64,000 nucleotides of DNA from Squalus acanthias. Lineage: Eukaryota. This document shows positions 12,241-22,825 of the stretch, piece after piece. The first letter of the stretch is position 1, and each line of letters begins with the position of its first letter. The position numbers and the translations under genes were made by a program. The notes below the pieces were generated by a model, which was given only the letters and a program-made list of their open reading frames with translations, did not search any database and was not told the DNA's origin. The stretch is taken from the NCBI GenBank assembly GCA_030390025.1, contig CM059449.1, positions 33,604,001-33,668,000 of the forward strand. The letters run 5' to 3'.

Positions 12241-13159
12241 CTAGAACAGAAATTGAATCGATCAATAGCTACATAATTATCTCATCTATTCACACCAAAT
12301 CTGAGAATTTCAGTTATTTTTTAGTCACTCTTTCCAGATAGAAATGGCGTTTAGTATCTAAAACAAGGTTCATCACACAGGGACATAGAATTTACAGCAC
12401 AGAAAGAGAATAATTGACACCAAAGTTAAACGGCAGCTGTCTGCTGTAATATTCCTGCTATATTAGGTGCTTAGAACTGCATGAAAACCCCCAACAGTGT
12501 CCTAACCAATGTCTTCTGTAAGTCAACATCAAGTCCCTGATGTTATACTCAATGACCATTGAGCAAAATACAGACGAGGTGAAATTGGTCTTTGCCAGTA
12601 GTGCGAAATGGACTCATAGCGAATCAGCATCTGTTTTACACTCCACCCATTGTTCTTCTATTAACTTTCAAAGATGTAAAATGGGCTGTCAATTCACCAT
12701 GGCCCCAATGGAAGGGAAGATTGGGTGGAGTGTGTAATGGGTGGCCGATCCAATATCACTCATTTTACACTGTCACCAAAAGTTAGAATTACACCTCACA
12801 TATGCAACACAACAGGAAATTGAGTAGAAAATTTAAAACTCTTACATCTGTGTGTAATTCCTGTCCACAAAAGCATACTTCCTGTTGTCATATTTCAATT
12901 ACATTTGTGTTAAGAATTCCCTTTATAAATTCCTATGTCCACCTTTATAAGGAAGCTGCCACCGTCGGCTGGTCATGCTGTAATTACACCCTCACGCCGG
13001 TGGTGGCACTGCCGGACTTAGCTTTGCATTTCCCAGAGAAACTGCGGTGCTCCAACCAATTCTACTTCTCTGCTTCCCAAATTGAATAAATGTTGGTATT
13101 TAACTATAAATCTAGCTATATTATATTAGAAATGTTATGTACTACCTGACCACACAACC

Positions 13160-14125
13160 TACTGCATATAGTTTTGGTCCCCTTCTTTCAGGAGGGATAT
13201 ACTTCCATTGGAGGCAGTTCAGAGAAGGTTCGCTAGGTTGATTCCTGGGATGGAAGGGTTGTCTTATGAGGAAAGGTTGAGCTAGTTCGGCCTGTATTCA
13301 TTGGAGTTTAAAAGAATATCAGGTGATCTTATTGTAACATAAAAGATTTTCAGGGGGTTGGACAGGGTTGATGCTGAGAGGATGTTTCCCCTCGTGGGGG
13401 AGTCTAGAAGGAGGGGGCACAGTGTCAGAATAAGGGGTTGCCGATTTAAGACGGAGATGAGGAGGAATTTCTTCTCTCATAGGGTCGTGAATCTTTGAAA
13501 ATCTTTACCTCAGAGAGCTGTGGAAGCTGAGTCATTGAATATATTCAAGGCTGAGATAGACAAATTTTTGAGCAACTGTGGAGTCAAGGGTTATAGGGAG
13601 CGGGTAGGAAAGTGGAGTTGAGGCCAAAATCGGATCAGCCATGATCTCATTAAATGGCAGAGCAGGCTCGAGGGGCCGAATGGACTGCTCCTGCTCCTAT
13701 TTCTGATGTTCTTAAGTTCTTATGTTCTTACTTCCTTTTGTCACATTTTTATCAACCTTTTCCCATTATCAATTCCTCTGAATTCATGTTCAAAATCATG
13801 AAGGAGTTGGATAGAGTGAATATGGGGAGAGGTCGGTAACCAGAGGACACAGCTTTAAGGTAATTGGAAAAAGTACCAGAGGTGATATGAGGATTTCTTG
13901 TATGCGTGAGTTGTTGTGATCTGGAATGCATTACCTGAGAGCGTGTTGGAAGCAGATTCAATAGTGACTTTCAAAAGGGAATTGGATATCAATACTTGAA
14001 GGGGAAACGTTGCAGGGCTTTGGGGAAAGGGCAGAGGAGTGGATCTAATTGGATAGCTTTCAAAGACCCGGCACAGGCACGATGGGCTGAATGGCCTCTT
14101 TCTGTGCTGTATTATTTTATGATTC
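13160..14125 (+). mobile_element. Two tandem CR1 3' fragments (about 13160-13730 and 13785-14125) in intron alpha1-alpha2
   Basis: Same 3' ORF2/UTR motifs as 21825-22825. Confidence 0.85.
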
Positions 14126-14789
14126 TATATGTCAACATTTGAAATGGGAGTTGCCGATGTAAAGTCAGCATGTTGCAATTGCACCCTCGCTCCAGTGGTG
14201 GCGCTGTATTGCCTCAGTTTTTTGTTGCCCAACTCTTCAGCCTATACTTCTGGAAAACTCCCGTGTATAAACCAACTCTACTTCTCACCTTCACAATTTT
14301 CCAGCAATGTTGTTACTTAACTATAAATAACATACCAGAATATTTGCCAATGCTGTCACAATACATGCCAGAATGTATGACTTTAAATTGGGGACTGAGT
14401 TATGTTTGCACAGCATAGGCTGACATTCCCTGTCCTCCAACCTTGTTACAATGGACTTGACTCTATGGGGGTAATTTTGACTTTGGCTGAGAGTGTAAAA
14501 TGGGCGATATTTGATCGTCCGCCCATTTTGCACCCCGCCTGATTTTCATATCCATAGAGGTCAACAGAAGGGAAAATCAGACAGGGAGTATATTGGCTAG
14601 TCATTTCGATATCGCTCATTTTACACTATTGCCCAACTATAAAATTTACTCCTAATGAATAGAAAACTGCGGCCAGTGCATTATGCTTTTCTGATAAGCC
14701 ACCTGCGGGATAGAAGACGGCATTGGAACCTCAAACTTACACATCTACATTAAATATCAAATATGTGCTTACCAATATCACTGAGCAAA

Positions 14790-15225
14790 TGCAATGATAT
14801 GAATAATAATCCTTCAATTCAATATTGCCAGTATAATTCAATAAACACAATATTGCCAAGGTGATTCAATAAATGTGTTATTTCCAATGTCATTCAATAA
14901 ATGTGTTACTAATATCATTCATTAAAAGTAATATTACCATGAATGGGAGGTTAATTTTAAATTGTGGTCATAGTGTAAAGCGAACAATATCGGGTCAGTG
15001 GCCTATTATAAACCTCGCCCAATTGAAAGGGAATCTGAGCGAGGTTTAGAACGGGCGGTCGGTCCAATATTGGCCATTTTTCTTTTTGGCTGAAGAGTAA
15101 AAAATTACCCCAATAAACATAATATGATTAGTTACATGTAAAATACCAGCAAAATAATTAAATAAATATAATATTACAAATATCATAAATTAAATGTAAT
15201 AATACAAATGTCATTCAATAAACAC
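14790..15225. repeat. Degenerate AT-rich repeat of about 30 bp (TCATTCAATAAATGT...), split by a MITE at about 14946-15111
   Basis: Repeated ATTCAATAAA blocks on both sides of the MITE. Confidence 0.55.
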
Positions 15226-15317
15226 TAGTGGTGGTGGGGAGGGGCGGATTTTTAACTGTTATCACCAGGTGAAATATGACCAATGCTGAATCGGCCGCCC
15301 ACTTTACACCATCTCCG

Positions 15318-15770
15318 AGCCTGGAGGAGTCCGTGTTCCATGTATATATCGAATGTGAGAGGTTGCGGCCCTTCTTCCATTATCTGAAGAAGCTGCTCCT
15401 CGAATTTAGGCTGCACTTCAGTCCCACGCTCCTGATCTTTGGTCACCCGGTGCGGAGGGGAGCGGGCAGATCTGGGGACCTCCTCGTAGGACTGCTCCTG
15501 GACCTGGCCAAAGTGGCCATCAACTGGTCAAGGCGGCGGGCGGTCGAGGGGCTCGTTCGGCCCGACTTCCTGCCTTTCTTCCGCGGCCACGTTCGCGCCC
15601 GGGTGGCCCTGGAGATGGAGCCCACGGTGTCCACCAGCACGTTCGTGATTTTCCACGACCGGTGGGCACCACAGGGACTGGAGTGCATCTTCAACACCAG
15701 TAACAACATATAAATTTAAGTTGTTTGGTTTCCTTTAATGGTTTTTTTAAGTTACACTTTATTTGTTCAT
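15318..15770 (+). mobile_element. Tx1/L1-clade LINE 3' fragment
   Basis: EESVFHVYIECERL...LLIFG...LAKVAI resembles the C-terminal zinc-knuckle (ETxxHxxxxC) region of L1/Tx1 ORF2. Confidence 0.65.
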
Positions 15771-16362
15771 AGTGTGCACCAAAAGAGTACATCATGTCCG
15801 ATTTTCAGAAAATCGATTAAGGTGTAAAACGACAGCTGATTCACAGGCGCCCATATTTCGCCCGTTTTCCACCACATCTCATTTTCTTTTGCGATCGAGG
15901 TGTAAAACAAAAGCTGAATCACAGGCGCCCGGATTTTATCTGGCTGAAAGTGAAATTCAACTTCAGCAGGGTTGCTGAACGGGTGGCAGCGGAAAAGCCG
16001 TCTGTTATAGACCAAGGCCCATTTTACTGTGAAGTGAATGTAAAGGAAAATCAGGCAGCATGTATAAAGGGTGGCCTCGCTGCTACTGCCCATTTTACAC
16101 CCACCAACACTGAATTTCACCCCCTTATCACCAACATCATTCATTGGGGGTTAATGTTACATTCCAGAGAGGGTGTAAAATGGGTGATATTCAATTAGTT
16201 GCCCATTATACACCTCGCCTAATGTTCCTTTCTGTTGAAGTCAATGGAAGGGAAAATCAGGCGGGTGTATATCAGGCGGTTTGATATTACTCATGTTACA
16301 CAATCCCCCAAGTTTAAATGACCCCTGTCGTTCACTGCATTCATTCAAACGAATACACTCAC

Positions 16363-16623
16363 TTGATGTTTGGTTGTTCTGCTGCATCCATCTATCAACC
16401 TGTCCCTTGATGAGTCCGTGGAATCCAGCTTGAGTTATTGTGTATTCGTCCCAGTAACTCTTCTCAAATGCTTCTGCCATCCATTGCTGTCTTGGAACAG
16501 TTATTTTCATATTTTTGTCGTAATAGTCTATCTCACAGCCATCCAAAAGCCCCATAACACTGTACTCCGGCAGATCAGCACTCCCATGGTTCAGGGTGTA
16601 GTAATATAACAGAGAGTGAGACT
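16363..16623 (-). CDS. MHC class I heavy chain alpha1 exon
   Basis: 261 nt, phase 1-1, acceptor TCCTAG, donor GTGAGT. Translates ESHSLLYYYT...PRQQWM...SYWD...NQTS, with the H3, Y7, D29, P47-R48, W51, Y59-W60 equivalents and the N86 glycosylation sequon. Confidence 0.96.
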
Positions 16624-18480
16624 CTAGGACATAATAAAAAAAAATCATTTCCATACAAATATCAGAAATGTCAGTTTGCTAAACAAATAGGGACAAAATA
16701 ATTTATTCAGAAAAATGCGAGAACACTGGATATTTTGCCATCGCTCCCGTGTTAAACCATTGCAGAGAAGGCAAAATGAGCCTTAATATTAACTCTTATC
16801 CAATTACAAGAATATTCCCATTTTCGAAATAAATGAAAAATGTGATGGTTGAAATAATTTACATCAGCTCAGCTCATTTGTAAATCGTAACTTTAAGATT
16901 TTAGTCCCACGTCTGACCTGGGGATTCTTTGGTGAATTAGTGAGGAAGTGCACCCAGAATTATGGTACTAAGCCGTGCAGAATCCATCCCTGGTGTGTGC
17001 GCAGTGATCTGCTCCCAGCCCGCTGCTTGTAGCGACATTAAAATTGGCCTCAGATTTACTGAGCAAAAGAGGGGAAAAAGCAGCTTGAATATATGCAAAT
17101 TGGGGTTAAAGGACGTTTTCAGGGCCCTCAACAACATTTCCCTCTCTGCCCACATTGTTCCCACTAGTTCCTGATCCTGCCCACAAAGTGGAACCAATCG
17201 GGAGGCAGATATTAAAGGAATCCTCAGTTGGTCTCAAATAAAATTTTGGAATATTTGGGAGATATTTTTCTTCTATTATTTTGTGGAATTTCACTACTTA
17301 ATCCATTTAAAATGCTTGTACTGCCTGCTGAACATTTTGAACTGTTAATGGGCTTCTTGTAATTTCACTCTGGAATGTAGTGAAGGGTCAGTTGTGATTG
17401 GAGGAGAGCCATGGGAATGGGGAGGAAAGGATTAGAAGTGCAGCGGCAAACTTCAGGCGGTGCGAGGCTGTGCAGACAGTAAGAGAGATGTGAAGCCGAG
17501 TCTGACCTTGTCAGTCCTGGTGAGGTCATTACATTTCTTCCTGCAATGCAGACAGATCCTTGGGAAAATGGAATATAAATTTGTCTTGGGCGGCAGCGCG
17601 GAATGGGCGATAGCGAATCAGCAGCCAGCTTTGCCCGCCGCCTGAATTTCTATTCAATTGAAGTCATTGGAAAATAAAATTGGGCGATAGACCAAAACAG
17701 GCTGTCGATCTCCATCAGCCGCTTTCGGGTACCATGCACTTTATACCCAATGTTGCTGCCATTGGCTTGCTCATCCACCTCTCGCCATTACAGCTGACTA
17801 TTTTTCCGGGCCTATCGTTACCTATTAGAGGAGACGAGATCCTCAATACCGGTGCTAACTTGCCCTACAAGCGCTTCCACCGTTGCCCAGAGAATCGGAG
17901 GACACCTGATCATGTCACGAAACCTGCTGCTCCAGTAAGTCGCTCTCCATTAACCACCCTTGAAAAGTGCAGCGGCCATTTAAGGGACTGCAGGCTGCCT
18001 TTAAATCAAAAGGTCTTGGCGCTCATTTCATGTAAATGAAGCCGGATCACGAAAATTATACTGTCCCCACCAACTTAATCTATCTGACGGGCGGAGCATA
18101 GGTTTACCAACCCTCCAGAACTATCCCGCAGTCTCCAGGAATTAAATATTAATCTCCTGGACACCACTGCAAGAAACTAGAGAGAAAGATAACAATAACA
18201 CAACAATCAAAATTATAATATTTTTGGAGCTGGGGACAAAATACGGGTTGACTGGGCTGGAGGTCATGTGATGAAAGCTCCTGGGATGAGTCCAACCAAC
18301 GTTGCCAACACGTCGGTCTGAATCACCGCACAAATCCCCATCTATGATTGGGGGACATTACTTCAGTCCTGCAGTAACTCTCCGGCACCTTTCTTAAGCG
18401 TCCAACGCCACACGAGGCCCTATCGTCACCTCACCGTTTCAACTAACACAGGAGCTCCCCCAGGGCATCCGCAATGTCCG

Positions 18481-18575
18481 AGACAGTCGGTGTATCCCGG
18501 ACTAAACACCGGGGCAGTCATTGTCTCCCAGACGAAACACGGGGCAGTCAGTGTTACCCGGACTAAACCGGGGTC
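18481..18575. repeat. About 29-bp tandem repeat x3 (GGGGCAGTCAGTGTNNCCCGGACTAAACAC) just inside intron 1
   Basis: Units visible directly. Confidence 0.7.
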
Positions 18576-18650
18576 AAATACGTTGTTCTCGATGGCGGTC
18601 ATGTCGTGCAATAAAGAATATAGCCGCACAATTCCTGTCATTTGACTTAC

Positions 18651-18702
18651 CAGGAACCACCCTTTGAGAAAAGTAAAGTCTCAGTAAAGCAAAGAGGAAC
18701 AT
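18651..18702 (-). CDS. MHC class I-like gene, proximal leader exon, MFLFALLRLYFSQRVVP+G
   Basis: ATG at 18702, 52 nt, phase-1 end, donor G/GTAAGT. Same length as the distal leader, with shared nucleotide blocks (ATGTTyCT, TACTGAG, CAA, CTG/GT). Confidence 0.65.
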
Positions 18703-18865
18703 GTTTCAGGGAGTCGCTCAGTTAAAATCCTGCACAGCGAAACGGGAAGGTTTTGTCGTTGTCCGAACCCCTCCCACATTATTCTGCTTATCTCGTTCAG
18801 TGAAAATCATTCTATCCAATGGGAAATAAATCACCTCCCGTCACTGGGGAGGGAATCTCTGGCTC
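18703..18865 (-). promoter_or_regulatory. Candidate promoter of the proximal leader exon (inverted CCAAT, kB-like site)
   Basis: ATTGG on the sense strand at 18820-18816, 114 bp from the ATG. GGGAATCTCT at 18851-18860 is a 9/10 match to GGGRNNYYCC. Confidence 0.4.
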
Positions 18866-19945
18866 TACTCCCAGCATTAGGAACTGCGGGCGGAATTGGA
18901 TTAGAAAAGACCACACTGGTGAATGGCAAAGACTTGAAACTGGAGGAAGACTGGGACACAAATTGAAAGCACCGGCGAGAATATTTCCCACTGAACCTGA
19001 TCGGTAGCGATTATAGAGCTGGCTGTTAAAAGCAGTAGCAATCTCCAATCCTGTGTTTGCACCTTATCAGAACAGGTGCAAACCTCACTGACAAATACAG
19101 CCTCGCCTTGTTAAGGTCAAGGAAAGGCCAATCACAGGCTGGTCACTTTCAATGTTTCTGCTGGGTGATAGAAAGTTTACAAGCTATACAATCTGAAAAT
19201 TCAACCCTCCTCCCTTTCAGAGGTGGTGTAAATCTATCTGCTGTGAACAGATTGAGGCTCTGCTAAAATAGTGAAAAGAGGAATTTCATACCAAGCAACA
19301 AATACACTTGTTGATTGACTCTTATTACTCGCTGTACCGCTGTACATGTTCTGCCTAAAATTACTGTTGGCAATATTAGTAAGACATGTTATTGTCCACT
19401 GTTGTAACACAGCGAATATCCCACTTGTTTTAAACAGGCTGCACCATTAAGTTAACAGGCAAAGCAATGTTACACCAATATGGTAAGCATTTCACCTCCA
19501 ATATCACCAACATTAATTTAGGAACAGGAGGAGGCCATTCAGCCCCTCGAGCCTTTTACTGCCATTCAATTAGGTCATGGCTGATCTGTAATTTAACTCC
19601 ATCCAATCATGGAATGAGACAGCACAGAAGGAGCCCATTCGGCCCATTGTGCCTGTGTCGGCTCTTTGGTAGAACAAGCCAATGATTCCCACTACCTCTT
19701 TTTTCTCCATAGCCCTGTATTTTTGTTTTCCCTTTAAGTATTTGTCCGATTCCTTTTTCAAAGTTACTGTTAAACCGGCTTCCACCTGATGTCCTGAGGT
19801 GGTGAAAGGCGCTGTAGAAATGCATTTCTTTCTTTCTCTCTTTCTTCCACAGCAGCTGTAACAGGTGCCGAAAGCTGCCTCTGGTGTTTACCCCGAACAG
19901 CTCCAGGCTGTGAGCAGCAGGCGCCGATCAATTCCAACAGTCAGT

Positions 19946-20130
19946 GGGCTCGATCTTGACTTTGTGCGATAGTAAAACGGGCGATAGCCAGTCGGCAGCT
20001 CCTTTTACAGCTCTCCAGATTTTTACTGCCATTGAACTCAATAGAAGGGGGAACGGGTTGAAAGATGGAAAAAGGGCTTCAGACTCGCTCTCGCCCTCTT
20101 TACACCATCGCACAGAGTCAACATGAGCCC
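19946..20130. mobile_element. Palindromic MITE-like element
   Basis: TIR GGGCTCGATCTTGACTTTGTGCGAT / ATCGCACAGAGTCAACATGAGCCC; centre CCATTGAACTCAAT. Confidence 0.75.
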
Positions 20131-20907
20131 GAATGGAACCGCACATGGTGGGAATCCGCTACAAACAGCAAATGTTGCAAATATGCAGCAGGTCAGTGTG
20201 AAAGAGACAGAGAGGTTAACTCTGGGAGCTCAATCTTCACCCGAACCTGCACGGACCGCCTCAAAGCTTCATTCTAAAGCGAGTCGGAAAGTGTAAAAGA
20301 GGTTCCCGGGTCGCTGGAACCCGTTTCCCCCTTTGATAAAAGTGAACCCCTCCCTCTGTATTTTTAATGTTTTGCCCGGTTCATTGGGAGTTTTAAAAGG
20401 TTTTCCAAGTTCCCAGGAGGTAGAAAGAAGCTTTTAAAATGCAGCTTCCCGCCGGCTGGAGTTACACTGAAACAGGTGTGAACCCGAACCGACTGAGCTG
20501 CTTTCCTGCAGGAGTCTAGCCGCTGGGCTCTTGGTCACTCAGGGGTCAGGTCGGGATTGGGCTCGCAGTTATACTGACACTTCCGTACCCGCAAGCCGCT
20601 TAGCGGGAACACACTGTCCGTCTCCCTCCTGCTTATCAGAGAGAACATACAAGCTGTCATAGTAACTGAGCTGTAATGTCAGGCTGTCCGGACAGTAATG
20701 GACATCATCTAATCCAAGCAGAGGGAGAAGCGAGCCTGAGAAGCAGGATGGAGATTCCAATCCCGCTTCATCGCTTCACTTCCGCACACACTGTCTAGTT
20801 TCCCTGTGTGATACACCTGATGTGACCGACAGGCCTGCCGGTTACAGTCTAAGATCAGAGGGTGAGCCTGGAGACATTCAAGGATGCAGCGGGAACCGGC
20901 TACTCAC

Positions 20908-20959
20908 CAGACAGGGCCGCTTGTAGGCGGGAGAAACTCAGTACAAGTGACAGAAACAT
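20908..20959 (-). CDS. MHC class I-like gene, distal leader (signal peptide) exon, MFLSLVLSFSRLQAALS+G
   Basis: ATG at 20959, 52 nt, phase-1 end, strong donor G/GTGAGT. Hydrophobic peptide ending A-L-S. Splices in frame to the alpha1 exon (G+AG=Glu). Lies in a CpG-rich region. Confidence 0.8.
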
Positions 20960-21140
20960 GCCGACCCGTCCGTCCATCCGCCCGCCGTCTCTCCCAGTGA
21001 CAGAACAAGACTGAGCGCCTTGAATGAAACCGAGCTCAGCTTCACTCACAAGTGGGCAGTGTGGGAGCTCACCGTCCAATCGCAGTCACTGATTGTTCAG
21101 GGCTGTCCCTGAACCGTGAGCAGCACCGAAACTGACTCTC
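20960..21140 (-). promoter_or_regulatory. Candidate promoter of the distal leader exon (inverted CCAAT/Y-box, partial ISRE-like motifs)
   Basis: ATTGG on the sense strand at 21080-21076, 117 bp from the ATG. Sense-strand CAGTTTCGG near 21126-21134 and a GAAACCGA motif near 21026. CpG-rich. Confidence 0.5.
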
Positions 21141-21372
21141 AGTCCAAGGCCTGCGCCATGTGGTCATGGACAACACACGGCGGGCGGTTAGAAATATGTT
21201 TAAAACAGCGCTCCGGGGGTTATGTTGATAACAATTAAGATATTGCCTGAATCTAGCGGGACACGCCTTCGTTGACGCAGAGATTCGAGTCATAAACTAT
21301 TCAGCCTCTTGAACCTCAATACAGTGAACCACCGAAGTTCATATCACGGCAATTAAACCCTTCCTGACCCCG

Positions 21373-21560
21373 TGGGGCACTTTTAACCTAACCCGCCCGG
21401 CCGAACAACTAATGGGATCGGGGGCAATGCTGGTTTTACACCGCGCCCAATTTTAATCTCCATTGAAGTCAGTGGAGAGTAATATTGCGCGGGAGCGGGA
21501 ATGGAATGTTCCACCCGCCCCGTGGGATCCCGCCCAGCCACTTAGGATAAAATTGCCCCA
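21373..21560. mobile_element. Palindromic MITE-like element
   Basis: TIR TGGGGCACTTTTAACCTAA / TTAGGATAAAATTGCCCCA; centre CTCCATTGAAGTCAGTGGAG. Confidence 0.75.
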
Positions 21561-21824
21561 AACTGCGGCTGTCGTTACAGCAGCGGCGAGTGGGCTAATG
21601 TTTTATTAAAAAAATTCAAGCATACTTTACACGTGAACTGACTTTATTTTGTGCTTCCTCGATGTAAAGCCAAACTGTAAACTGTAAAATATAAAGTCAA
21701 AGTACTGAGTAAAAATAAGGACCGAATGTAGTGACTTTCAAATGGGGATTGAATTATTCTAGGAAAACACCCAATGCTCCAACCATCTCAAGTTGTCCAA
21801 TTCCTAAATTACCCTAAATCTTCC

Positions 21825-22825
21825 TTGGACCCCAGCTATTCACAATATACATTAATGATCTAGATAAGGGAACTAAATGTAATATCTCCAATTTTCCAGA
21901 TGACACAAAGCTGGGTGGGCGTGTGTGCTGCGAGGAGGATACCGAGAAACTCCAGGATGATTTGGACAGGTTGGGTGAATGGGCAGAAGCGTGGCAGATG
22001 CAATATAACGTGGATAAATGCGAGGTTATCCACTTTGGTGTCAAAAACAGAAAGGCAGACTATTATCTGAATAACAATAGATTGGGAGAAGGGGAAGTGC
22101 AACGAGACCTGGGTGTCCTTGTGCACCAGTCGCTGAAGGTAAGCATGCAGGTGCAGCAGGTGGTGAAGAAGGCAAATGGTATGTTGGCCTTCATAGCGAA
22201 ATGGTTTGAGTATAGGAACAGGGATGTCCTGCTGCAGTTGGGCTTGGTGAGACAACACCTTGAGTACTGTGTGCAGTTTTGTTCGCCTTATCTGAGGAAG
22301 GATGTTCTTGCCATGGAAGGAGTTCAGCGAAGATTCACAAGGCTGATACCTGGGATGGCAGGAATGACATATGAGGAGAGATTGAGTCGATTGGGCTTAT
22401 GCTCGCTGAAGTATAGAAGAATGAGAGGGGATCTCATCGAAACATATAAAATTCTGACAGGTCTGGACAAACTAGATGCAGGAAGAATGTTCCCGGTGGT
22501 CGGAGAGTCTAGAACCAGGGGTCATAATCTAAGGATAAGGGGTAAGCCATTTAGGACAGAAATGAGGAAGTATTTCTTCACCCAGAGAGTGGTGAACCTG
22601 TGGAATTCTCTACCACAGAAGGTAGTTGAGGCCAAGTCATTAAATATATTCAAGAATGAGTTAGATATATTTTTTAATGCCAAAGGTAACAAGGGATATG
22701 GGGAGAAGGCAGGTACAGGGTACTGAGTTTGGATGATCAGCCATGATCTCATCGAATGGCGGAGCATGCTCGAGGGGCCGAATGGCCTACTCCTGCTCCT
22801 ATCTTCTATGTTTCTATAACTATGA
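21825..22825 (+). mobile_element. CR1 LINE 3' portion, open for 267 aa (21923-22726)
   Basis: LQDDLDRL..W...WQM.YN.DKC.V.HFG and FFTQRVVNLWNSLP motifs; CR1 tail. Confidence 0.95.

Noticed and set aside
16363-16623. MR1 identity for the class I gene
   Set aside because: The MR1 Schiff-base lysine lies two residues before the conserved P-R; here that residue is Thr (ITVPR). No gene symbol assigned.
6956-20959. Classical (UAA-type) class I call
   Set aside because: Three of eight terminal anchor residues are replaced (84, 143, 159), plus changes at 122/123 and 167.
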